This document shows, piece after piece, positions 50,867 through 62,549 of a DNA stretch of 64,000 bases (positions are counted from its first letter, which is position 1; each line of letters starts with the position of its first letter). The notes under the pieces are model-generated. The model did not search any database. It had not been told where the DNA came from and saw only the letters and a list, made by a program, of their open reading frames with translations. Origin of the DNA: Lobosporangium transversale (Eukaryota); NCBI RefSeq assembly GCF_002105155.1, contig NW_019029003.1, positions 372,001 through 436,000 on the forward strand, written 5' to 3'. The position numbers and the translations under genes are program-made.

Positions 50867-51494
50867 ATGTCCGCCTCAAAAGTTGTCCGGATGGAAGAAG
50901 ATCCAGTGGAAATCGACACGGGGAAAGTTACTATTGTAAGTTTTATTTTAAGACAAGATAACTCTATTTTAAAAAGAGATATAAAAAAAACAACAAAATA
51001 AACCTGTCCAAAAGCGTAAAGTCAAAAAAAAAAAAAAAAAAAGGCTATATATAAAGCTTTATTTTTTTTTTATCATGGGCTGTAGGTCCCAGGAACGATG
51101 ACAGAGCCTCAATGCGCTACCTTTTGTCTACAGGACGAAGATCATACTCTCGGAAATGCACTTCGCTGGACTCTTATGAAAAAGTAGGTGTCACTGAAAG
51201 ATTTTAAGCAAGATCGAGGTGATTTTTCATTAGATTTTTTTGTTTTTTCTGATGATTTTTTATATTCACAATTGATTTTTTAGTCCCGAAGTCGACTTTG
51301 CATCTTATTCAATCCCTCATCCTTCAGAAGCAAGGACAAATATCAGGATCCAAACATCAGACAAAACAACAGCAGTAGAGGCTATGTTTAAAGGACTAGA
51401 TGATTTGACTGATATTTGCAATCATGTCATTCAAAGCTTTCAGACAGAGCTTGCCAAAGGCGAGTTTGAATACGATGAGGAAGGTGCTTTTTAA
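50867..51494 (+). CDS. RPC19: RNA polymerase I/III subunit AC19 (RPAC2/POLR1D); 3 exons
   Basis: Spliced translation: ATFCLQDEDHTLGNALRWTLMKN|PEVDFASYSIPHPSEARTNIRIQT...KGLDDLTDICNHV. Confidence 0.93.
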
Positions 51495-51698
51495 TGTGAT
51501 GTACTGAATTCAAATTTGCAACACCCACATATACATACATACAAACATGGCATTTTATATTTTCATTTTTCCTTTTATTATTATTTTTCTATTATTTTTC
51601 TGTATTAAAGACTTATTATAAACTGAAAGAACAAAAATTAGCCTTTCTGTTCATTCGGATGATGGCGCATGGAGAAAAATAAATAAGTGAAGAAATAA

Positions 51699-52370
51699 TC
51701 AATGTCGTTTATCTTTCTTTTCGTGCAAGATCAAATCATCCACAAGGTTCGTTGGGCGAAGTGGCCACTGATCAAATTTGGAAGCAACTTCGTTCACCTG
51801 CTCCAGTGTCATGTATTTAACCTTGATGTTGTGGTCAAAACTCAGGCGACCTAGCAAGATCTCTGCTCCAGGTCCAAGCAACCTTTTTTTTTTTTTTAAA
51901 AAAAAAAAAGGAAATCAGGAAAAAAATAAGATAGCAAGAGGTCGCATCTATTTTCATAAAAGCCAAAAGAGGCAAGTCGTTTCTTACTTGATGACTTTGC
52001 TAAGAGGCATTGATTTGCTTGTAAAAAGACTCTTAAGGCAGAATTCCATTATATCCAAAGAAGCTAATGGCAATCAAGGGGAGGTTTTTTTTTTTTAAAA
52101 AAAAAAAGAAATCAGTTTGGCTCTACGTGTCCTATTTTCATCATACAAATTTCACGAGCAGCCTCAAAGAAAGAGAGAAAGAGATGAGAGGGGGAGCTAT
52201 TACTTTCCAGCTTGGGTTTCTCGTGCGGAACAATTCGCAGTAGCTCGTATTCATATGGTAAATGAAAGTGGCTTGCTCCAGGGACCATGATCGATGATAC
52301 TTCGGCTGCTGCTTCCGCAAGAAGCGTTAGCCGGTTCCTAGCTGTTGTCCCTGCTGGTGATGTAAATCTC

Positions 52371-52405
<35 letters not shown>

Positions 52406-53399
52406 AACATTGATAGTAGATATAATAGAAAAAATCGATTTTTCTTCCTTTTTTTTTATTACCTTGACAGCTTCCTTGGAGCAAAACATATACATTCCAA
52501 CACGGCCCATCCTAAAAATACCCATACGCTCCATGGATGCCTTCAAGAGATCTATAAAAGCCTTCTCTCCCAGCGCTGAATTTGGGATCGATCCTACTAG
52601 CATGATGTCCGATTGAATCGTATCCCAAGGTTGTGGGGTCAATCCAGGCAGTGCATTTAGTTCAGAGGCCAAAAGATCATCATAGGGTTCTCCGAGTGGA
52701 TTCAATGCAAAGTGTTGGATCCTGCCTTTTGAATTTTCTTCCAGAGCCTATGCTTGCGGATAGAAGGGAAGAAGAAGAAAACATGTCAAAAGGGGCGATC
52801 GAGACCAAATGTAATTTCACATGTTCATTGGAGGATCTTGATCGGTTACGATTCTCATATACGACCTTCCGTTCTCAAGAATAAATTACCTTTAATGACT
52901 TTTGGAACATCTCACCGTTATCTAGTGTTACAACCTTCTTTGCGCCGGCCAATGCCATGGATCGTGTCAGTTGTCCTGGTCCTATTATTTTATTAAAAAA
53001 TAAAAAAATAAAAAGGTCATTTCGTCTTTTTCCAGTATTCAATTTGTATCAATGCTCTACCCTTTGTCTCTTACCTGGATAAATCTCGATGATGGATCGA
53101 TTTGGATGATTGCTGATGTCCATAACTTTGGCTGCCGATTCTATCTTGGACACAGATCGACAGAAAAAGAAATTAGAGAGACTGGCGAAAGCTAATATAA
53201 AACACATGTGGTTCTCTTCCCTAAGCTTATTTTTTGCTGTCTCGATCTCTAATCCTTCTTTTATCATACCAGCCAACTCCTCTGTCATGACAGAGACTCT
53301 TGCATGTCCGCGTGCTCTCGAGCCCTTGAAAAGTGTTGGCCAGAGATATGGTGCTGGCAACTTTGGAAGAGATTTTAACAGCGGTTGTACTGCCGCCAT
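51699..53399 (-). CDS. MTF1: Mitochondrial transcription factor Mtf1 / KsgA-Dim1 rRNA adenine dimethylase family; multi-exon
   Basis: RSIIEIYPG|PGQLTRSM, IMLVGSIPN...GRVGMYMF, AGTTARNRLTLLAEA, LGPGAEILL...LEQVNEVASKFDQWPLRP. Confidence 0.75.
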
Positions 53400-53623
53400 T
53401 TTTTTTTTTTTTTTTTTTTTGTGTAATATTTAAATTATTAATCAATTCTTCGTGATATGTACTGTTCCCCTTTTTTACATGTGCTGCTTTGATGCTTGAA
53501 TGGGAGATGGTAATTGCTGATCAACTTTGTCAGGAAAGGAGATCAAAAAGAACAATGCTGTTCCTTTGACACAAAAAAATATACTTGTAATGGGACTGTG
53601 TTTTCAAATTATGTGTGTATTTA

Positions 53624-56600
53624 TTATGGACTAGTAGAATCATCAGAAGCAGAGTCATCAGGAGCAGGAGCGGAAGCATCGGAATTATTGGAAGTAGCAG
53701 CAGCAGGAGCGGCAGAAGCGGCAGAAGCGGCAGAAGCGGCAGAAGCGGCAGCAGCAGCAGCAGCAGCAGCAGCCTTTTCAGCCTTTTCTTTTTCCATCTA
53801 CCAGGATAGAGTGGCAAAAACATAGTTTGTTAAAAAATAAACAAAAAGGTTTCATTTCTAGCATTTCAGGTACAAACTTACTCTTGCTTTCCATTCGTGG
53901 GCTTTGCTGAGCAATTTGAAATTGGGTTTCTCGGTTTGGTCATCTGGGAAGATATAGTCGTAGTATTCCTCCCATTGTGATGAGCCCGCAACATGACCAT
54001 CAGCAGTTTCGACCTGTCGACGTTTCTTGACCATCTTAGGCATAAGGTCCTGTACACTCTTGAGGGTCTCGGCTGTACCTTGCGCCTGTTCAAATTCTTT
54101 CCACGCTTCCAATAGAATAACTCTCTCTTCCTTGAGCCCATGCTCCTTCATGGTATTGCAGCCCTTCTTGAACACTTCTCGTGCAGCAGCAGCTTGACCT
54201 TCGCCCGGCACGCTTGCTTCAAAATGTGCCCAACTGATCCATACTTTCACATGCGCCGTTCTCTGCAACAGTTTCCGATATAACGAGCGAGCATTGGACC
54301 ATTCCTCTTCACCAACCTCAAAGTCAATATACGCTTTCCAGAGAAGTTCCGGCATATCCAACTCCGGTTGAGAAATAGCCAAATCGAAAATAGCACGTGC
54401 ACGATCAATGTCCTGAAGCTCATTCTCCAGTTCTGCAAATTTGATCCAGGCAGCACAATTGGACGGCGACCACTCAAGGTACTTGGCATATAATTTCCTT
54501 GCTCTATCAATGTCACGCAGCTATTTTATAAAAAAGAAATAAATAAATAAATAATAAGGTGTAGAAGTTATCGCAAAATGCTTTACAGTTGTTGTCTACA
54601 TTATGGGCTATTTATGTCATCACCAACCTATCAACTCACCTCCAGCTCTAGCTCAATGTATCCCTTGAATAGCTTGTCTTTGGGACACATACCTAGAGCC
54701 ATTCCTAAGGACTTGCGCGCAGCAGCGACATCCAGCTGTCGAATCTCAAATTTGGCGTATAACAGCCAGATTTTGGCAAATGTGAACTTTTTATGTGGAA
54801 TGAGTTGGAGACATCCTTTGTATACCTCCCGTGTACGCTCGTAATCCTAGAAATACAATGTCACTTGGTTAGTGACCCATGCTTCTTGAGCCCAATGTAC
54901 ATGCCGACATCATCGCATCTGCTTTCCATGGCATCACGATGATCTTACTTTTGCTTCAAGTTCCTCAAATAAGGCATACTTAATCCAAAGATAAATATAC
55001 CGTCGCCAAAGTCGTTTCTCTTGAGCTGGCGGAACTTGTGCGATAGCACGTTCATATACCTCTCGAACTCGATCTATATCGCCCGTACTTTCTTCAAGTT
55101 TTCCATAATCAAACCAAATGTCATAATTTTTGAGATTATTGGCAAGATCCTAAGCATTGAACATAATCGAAAGTATGCGTCACATAGCATCAGCATAATG
55201 TGTTGAACTTTGAGATGGAGTAGCTTTCTCCACAATGACTAGATCGAGCTGATAATATGCAGAAGGTGATCGCTTATAACTCTGACTTACTGCTTCGTAT
55301 TGAAGTCTTCGTTTGCCAATAACTACATCCTCGATTCCTTCTTTGTCGCCATACTGTTTCTCAAATTGAACATATTGATTATAAAGAGCTTGGGATTTTG
55401 AGCGAGGAATACGATCCAGCGCATATTTATAAATGACGCGAGCCCGTTCGATCTGTTGTTCAAAGATTTTTTTTTTTTTTTTTTTTTAAAGAAAAGAGTA
55501 AGTAATGATGTTCTGATCAATATTGAAATAGGAGCAACTTGTTCAAAAATAGCGATCAAGACATAACATAATATCATACTTCTTTCTGTCGGGTTTCGAA
55601 TTTAGCAAATGAAATGAACAATCTTTGCTCCATTAGCTCCTCACCCATCACTTCGATGGCCCTTGTGAATATATCGCGTGCCTTCTCGGTAGATCCTTCC
55701 CGTTCCTCAAATTCAGCCCATTTGATCCAGTTCTTGGGGTCTGGATGGACATGCACGAATCTTTCATAAATGGCGCGTGCACGGTCCAGTTCTTTATACC
55801 GCTTTTCAAACTTAACATAAGCCATCCACGCCTCTTCTTCCGGCTCCCATTGCATCCAGCGCTCAAATATCTGGCGAGCTCGAGCAACCTCTTCCAGCAT
55901 TTCTTCCATATAAGTGTATTTGAGCCTACAATCAGCCATTTTTGCAAACCGTTAATAAGGGCATTTCTAATTCTTTTTTTTTTTTTTTTTTTTTGCGCAT
56001 AGAATGTCAAGAATTTAATGCGAGTTGAAGGAAAAACAAAAAAAAAAAAATGAAAACATACCAAAACTGATCTCGGCGTGGAAGAATTGTAACAATTCTA
56101 TCGAAAAGATTGCGTGCCAAAGCAATGTTCTTGTGCTTCATTTCCATTTCAACATACTTGAGGTACAGTGTCGAATTTTGACTGTCCACCTGCAGCGCAC
56201 GTTCGTACACGGAACGAGCCCTATCAGACACATCGTATTATTAGAATGAATTTTAATCTGTGAAATATATCTCTTTACAAAGAAAAAATGAAAGAGGAAA
56301 AAGAAAAGAAATATATCAAAAAATCAAATACGCGTACAATTCTCTTTTTCTTTCGGTTGTCTAAATTCTATACCTGGCCAGCTCATCTTGACTCTCTTCC
56401 CATGCTGCATATTTGAGCCATTCTCCGATATGAAGTCGGCTGCGTTGAATACGGTCCTCGAATTCTTTGCGCTTCCTCCCCCTGTATTCCATTAGTTCCT
56501 CATGGTCGTGAATCTTTTGCTTAGGAACCTTGATGGCTACTCCTTGTCGTTCTTTGGCCTCGCGAAGAATCTGCTCAGCCGAAATTTGAACTGGCGCAGC

Positions 56601-56758
56601 ATTCTTATTTTTGATCTGCAGGTTACAAACAGGTCGGAAATAAGATTGGATGGTTAGTATGAAAGTGATCAAAAAAAAAATATGACGAAGATATTTCTGG
56701 AAGCCAAGAATCAAAAATGATGCCATGCCTTTGGAGGCTGGGTGGATCTTTTTTCCAT
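53624..56758 (-). CDS. CLF1: Pre-mRNA splicing factor Clf1/crooked neck (CRNKL1), HAT repeats; multi-exon
   Basis: [70 protein letters not shown]; Ala/Ser-rich tail from GCA/GCGGCAGAA repeats. First exon [10 protein letters not shown] (56758-56729). Confidence 0.95.
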
Positions 56759-56877
56759 GGTTGAGAGAAATCACAGGAATCTGAATGAGATCAACGTAAA
56801 AGAAGGATTCGAATACTTGAGTAAAAAGAATGCATCAAAAGTCAAAGGTTTGTGCACTTTCATATCTGCACGTGATA

Positions 56878-57344
56878 TATGCTTTGGCCAAAATTTTGCG
56901 GAGAATCCATACATTTTTAGGGCCTCACAAGACGTTGATGAAACTTCGAACCATTTAATAGGATAAATGCCTTGGTATTCATTGCTATTATGATAATGAA
57001 TAGATATCTCATCCCTTCAACGTTAGAGGCCCACAAACAATGTATGGATTACATGTATATCTCAAGACAAAGGGCTTCACTGTAATAGGGATTAATGAAT
57101 CTTGCAGTAATCCCGGCATTCATATGGGACTTTCTTTATTTATAGGAAAAGGCTCTACTACCACAAATGCGAGATGCCCTCCTACCATGATCTGATGGTT
57201 GCGCAGAGCATCACTTACGCAACCTAAGGCACCTCATTGAGTAAAAGGATTTGGAGGGCCTTCGCACTGGAAACGGCTCTGGACACCTACTGTGGTACGG
57301 GCATGGTTTGACACTAGCAAACTGTCCCTGGAAACACAGCATAG

Positions 57345-57345
<1 letters not shown>
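56878..57345 (+). ncRNA. Candidate large structured non-coding RNA B (unclassified)
   Basis: Perfect 12-bp stem 56904-56915/57039-57050 with nested stems, a second multibranch domain 57159-57297, end pairing 56878-56886/57335-57343, then a long T-run. G-U wobbles favour the + strand. Confidence 0.5.
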
Positions 57346-57376
<31 letters not shown>

Positions 57377-57410
57377 TTGCTTTTCCTCCGGTTAAGAAAA
57401 AATATCTGGC

Positions 57411-58589
57411 TCATTTTTCCGCCTTGTGCGCTCTTTTTCTCATATTTTCAGCGCCCACTTGCTTCTTTGCAACAGTTTTATTGGTACCACGGTACTTCCT
57501 AGGATCCTTGTGGCTCATCCGCGTCTTATCCCTCATACCTTCACCTCCTTCCCAGAATGCGCTAGCACCACTGGACTTTTTGACTGGACTTTCACCACAG
57601 ACACAGGGCTTGTCACTCACAACCTGCTCTCGTGAGCAGTGACCACAGATCATCCGTTTTGCGTAATCGCATTCATGGGAGCCAGACTCCTTTTCGTCAT
57701 GGCAGATATGGCAGGGGTAAATCTTTTGGCAGCACGGGAATCTGAACCAGCGTCGGGATTTCTTATAATGATCACACGCTCCCTTTCGAGGGAGGGGTTC
57801 ACCAACTTTGAGTTCAAAATCAAGGCCGTTCTTGTTCTTGCGCATGGCAGCTTTTTTCTTGAGTGGAAGCTGCTCCAGGGTAGAAGCATTAGCTTTCATC
57901 AGATCTCCCGGACTAAGCTTCACAAACTTGATCTCGCCTTCCATTGAAAAAGTCATCCGCGAATGACATTTTCGACAGTTGGCAGTGGCGGACATGCCAC
58001 GTCCAACCCTTTGTCTGAAGCCTGCTGCTACAGACGGCAGTACTTGGGCAGATGCTGGGTTTTGGCGATTGTTTGCAGATAGTTTCGAGTTGGACGTCGA
58101 TGTAGAGTCATCAATAGATGTAGTACTCATAGCAGTGGAGAGATCACTAGTAATAGCCGTAGTACCAAGGATTTGATCGCACTCGCTGCAGGTGGGAACA
58201 AAGATAGAGGGCAATATGTCAAACGCTGTGCAGCCTGCCAAGTCCAGGTAGCCGATAGTGCGAGATTGCATGTGGATGTACTCTACTCGGAAATGGGCCC
58301 CCATAAGCGACTGACAATTCTCACAGACTTTCCATTTGCGGGTATCAGTAGGTGCGTTGGATTTACTACCAGGCGCTGACAATGGTGGTCCCCCTCCATC
58401 ACTTGGGAGGATATCAGGGATCTCAAACAGTCCCTTACAACGATTGCATTTGACTAATAGACTCAATGAGCGACAATATAGCAATGATATATGTTCAAGC
58501 TTGAGATCAGGCATACGGATCTCGATGCCTCTCTTGGGTGGTGTGCCATCCACTATTGGTCCATTTAACGTATTCAAGGATCCTTGCTG

Positions 58590-58630
<41 letters not shown>

Positions 58631-60200
58631 TATCGGTATCGTCATCATCATTATTTGAGTCTTCATTACGGGATAACGACCCTATGTCCATATCACTATG
58701 CTGAGAACCATCATCTCGTTCATTATCGTCCTCACTCGTCACGGCTCCGTGATCTTCATATTGATCAAAGTTTCGACGTGGAGGATAGTTGGGCGCATTG
58801 ACATAGATCAGTTTTGGTTTTGTCTGGTCCATGGTTCGATCTGACTCAGATATGGGATCACGTTGAGGCGATGAATTAGTAGTGCCAATACGAGCCGTGG
58901 AGCTTGAGGCTGAAAGTACTTTGGCAGCAGAGGAGGATCCTGCCTGACTCTGCATGTCGTCTTGATTAATACCGAGAGCGCCGGTTGCTACAGATGGAGC
59001 AGGACTTTGAGAAGGAAGTACAGTATTGCTGAGGAGTTCTTTGAGATCCCGATTAAGCTGATTCAGAAGTTGAAATAGCGATAGTTGGTTCATTGTTTTG
59101 GCAATATCGCGGAATCCTTGCTCAACATTTCTAAACAAATTCAAGCGAATCTTGGGTAAGATCCCAGTTTTGAAAATTTGATTATTCCTAGTATCCAAGT
59201 CATGTTACCTTGCGCGCCACATCTCAATCTCTGGATTAAGGCCATTTTGCTTCAAGCGAATCTCGCAAGGCTCAAGAGGGAATTCATTAGGGATTAGCAA
59301 GTTAATCCAAAGAGGGCCTTCCCAGATGACTGGCATGCGGCTCTTGTCAATTGTATCTAGCGAGATCTGAAATTCCGTGGATGAGATAGTCGAAAACGAT
59401 GAACGGAAACGTGTTTGAATCTGGTTCAGCTGCTTTTGGCGTTGAAGCGAAGCCTGATTGATCTGCTCTGCTGTGTAAGTTTTTGGTATAGACGTCTCAG
59501 AGGTTTTTGAAGAAGACACTGGGTTTATTTCTTGACGTTGTATTGAAGGCACAGTCGAGGAGGACAGGACTGTTGAATTTGGAACAGAATTTGGTAATGG
59601 AGGAGGAAGAGTGGGCACTGTTGATGATGGTAACCCAGCAGCAGAAGGATGTTGAGATTGCTGATGTCCATGTCCATGGCCTATAAAACGAATGGTAGGT
59701 GCAGGCGGTTTCTGGAGCAGTTGCTCCATATTGATATCTAACCAGTTGAGATGAGCCAACAATGATCTTTTTTGCAATGCTGCCTCCGCAAATCCACGCT
59801 CAAGATTGGTAGCAAATCCTATAGGTATATCTTTGTTGAGAACAGTGACACTACAAGGCGAGGTTGGATAATCCGTGGGGACTGACAACTGGATATGAAG
59901 AAACTCAATCTCGTATGGGAAGTCGGGATCGCTGGGGTAAATCTTGAGTTGAAATTGATCGCAGTAGTTCAAGATATTATCCTTATCCTTATCCTTATCA
60001 TTGTCATTGTCATTGCCACCGACACTAGCTGCAGTAGAAGTAGCAGGAGAGGAAGTAGGAGCAATAGCAATGAAGGACGATTTGTATCGATTCTTGATCT
60101 GCGAGATCTCAAAAGCGCGCAAGGAAGAACCAGCTCGATCCTGAGCGATATTTTGTAAGGAGCGAGGAATGGGTTTTGATACAGGAGCTCTAGTTGTCAT
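57411..60200 (-). CDS. Protein with two RWD/UBC-like N-terminal folds and a C-terminal CHY zinc finger; 2 exons (intron 59131-59208)
   Basis: FQLKIYPSDPDFPYEIEFLHIQLSVPTDYP and LLIPNEFPLEPC (RWD-like); several CxxC pairs; CHY motif GACDHYKKSRRWFRFPCCQKIYPCHICHDE...HEC...MICGHC. Confidence 0.85.
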
Positions 60201-60690
60201 AGTAGTAGTAAAATACGCTAATAGTAGTAATAGCACCAGCAGCAATTGCCTTGTGGAGTAGGAAATATCGTGCAAAGGATAAGTGAGAGAATTAAGGAAT
60301 AAAAGCAAGGAAAGGAAGAATGCAAAAGAGAAATACCATTTTTCATACTGCGAGAATGAAAGCCACAGATTAAATGGATATAAAATACTGCGGAGGTACA
60401 AAAGATGGGCATGTACAAACCTGGTCTCCAAGAATGTACAACAGTCAGCAAAAAAATGTGCTCTTTTCTTTTTTACTTGTTTACATATTTTATCTTTCTT
60501 TCTTTCTTACCATTTACCTCTCCTCCCTCCGTTTCCTCGTTCCTTCCTCATTCTTACTCCTCAATCCCCATTTCTTTTCATCCCTTCTGCCCTTCCGTTC
60601 CTCTTCCTCGGTCTCATCCTATTGTTTTATTTCCATTTCCTTATTCCATCATCTTATCATCTTATTATCAATTAACAACCCAACGATAAA

Positions 60691-60723
<33 letters not shown>

Positions 60724-60813
60724 TTTTTTTTTTTTTTTTTTCTTCTTCAAAACCTCTATTCATCATCATCCTTATTCATCATCTCTTCTCTTTTTCTCTT
60801 TCATTTTACCACT

Positions 60814-62518
60814 ATGTCACGAGAATCCTCCTCTTCTTCTTCCTCTTCTCCCTCTTCCACTTTCACCTTTGCTCCTGCAACAGGTGTCTTTCCTTCTTCA
60901 TCTCCTTCCAATATCACTGCTCCGACCGTTTCTTCCGCTCCTTCCAGTCGCCGGTCCTCTATTCTCTTTGGTGACAAGTTTGGTCGCATTGGCTCGGGTT
61001 TACCTACTGTCAACGAAAATGACCTCCAACATTCTGCCAATACCTCGCGTCAATCTCTGTCTCAACCTCCGGCCCAGCCTGAGTCCCAGCCCCAATCTCA
61101 TTCTGGCCCTCCTCCTGCTGGAAGCAATAGACGTGGCAGCCATGTACGCTCAAAGTCTATGAAAGAACAGCTTGATCAATTTGGTCAGAGTGGTAACAAG
61201 GACAATGCGCCAAAGACCCTGCAGTCTCTGCAGGAGATCATTAGTAGCCTCAAGAGCATTCCTGCTAACCATAATAGCCAACCATCGAATGTGAGCACCG
61301 CTGACCCCTATCAGCAGCACCAACAGCAACAGCAACAGCAGCCACCAATTGGCCAAGGCCAAGGCCTTTCCCGCCATGAGAAACGCTCGTCCATGTCCTC
61401 GCTACCCTCGCGGTCCTCAATGGGTTACTTTAGTACAGGAAGTCTTAATACCAAAGAGTCTGGATTTTCTGGCTCCGGTTCTGGGACCACAACTACCCTC
61501 CACATCTCGCAACCGCCCCGTGGCACCTCTATTGAGAATGCTCTTCAATCTACAGTCGCAACTTTGCGTCGTCTCTCTGTCTCTGACTCAAAACGCCCTG
61601 TAATTTCTACCATCAAAAAGGATGACGATCCTGTAAGTCTATTCGAACAACATTGGGTTACATGCTCAATGAAATTGTACGCCTGTGAGCGCACCTGTCC
61701 CTTTTTTTAGATGGAAAAAGAAAAGTCGTCAACTGGCGTGTAACTGATCCATCGTCCTCCAACCTCGCCCTCTTTTCCCTTCTTTTATCCTCTTGGGTTT
61801 TGTTATTCTTTAAAATAGACATTGGACAACACAGCTCCCAGAAAAACCAATAACCGCCGTTCTATTGTGCTTCCCCAGGATATAGGCACAATGGGCATTG
61901 ACCAACAGGAGATCAGTAGAAGAAATAGACGCTCAGCTACAGGTTCATCTGTGGACAGTCTGTACTTCAACCCTTCCACAGACATTCTTCCACTCACTCC
62001 TACCACCCCTACTTCTGGATATCAGCCTAATCGTCGTTCAGTCATCATTCGCCCAGAAGAAGTTGCAGCATTGCAGGAGGGTCGCACCTATGTTTCACCT
62101 GCCGCAAAGAACTCAGGACGAGGCAGCTATTCTAGCGATGAAGAGGCGGATGCCATTGCAGACACTCTTTCAGCCCTCGAGGGTAAGGCTAGTATGGGAC
62201 ATGGTGTGAGTTATTCATCCAAAGCCCCTCACCGCCGGTCTATCTCCAGCGTCGATCCAAACTCTCTTGCTGAGTTTGCCGCTAAGCTTCCCAACCATAT
62301 GCAGCCTGGCACCGGCTCTGCGGCCTTCCAGAATTTCGGACAAAGTCTTGTCAATAATGATGACGCTCGTGACCGCAGACGATACTCAACTTCGTTCAAT
62401 TCTACGGTTGCGAGTCGATCAGCTATGACTGGACCAATTAGTCGACGTCTCTCAGCTGCGCCGGCTGTCAGGGAAGCTGATCGTAAAGAATGGCGTATAT
62501 GTAAGTTCTCCCTCTCTC

Positions 62519-62549
<31 letters not shown>

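Noticed and set aside
57066..57134. RNase MRP signatures (GAAAGTCCC on -, ACAAAGGGCTTCACT on +)
   Set aside because: The two motifs are on opposite strands, so a P4 helix cannot form in one transcript.
57079..57345. Fungal SRP RNA (CTGTAAT Alu-like start, T-run end)
   Set aside because: No helix-8 AGG...GNRA...AGCA motif found.
60283..60813. Hydrophobic ORFs and N-terminal extensions of flanking genes
   Set aside because: CT-rich bidirectional promoter/UTR; the real starts are most likely 60200 (-) and 60814 (+).
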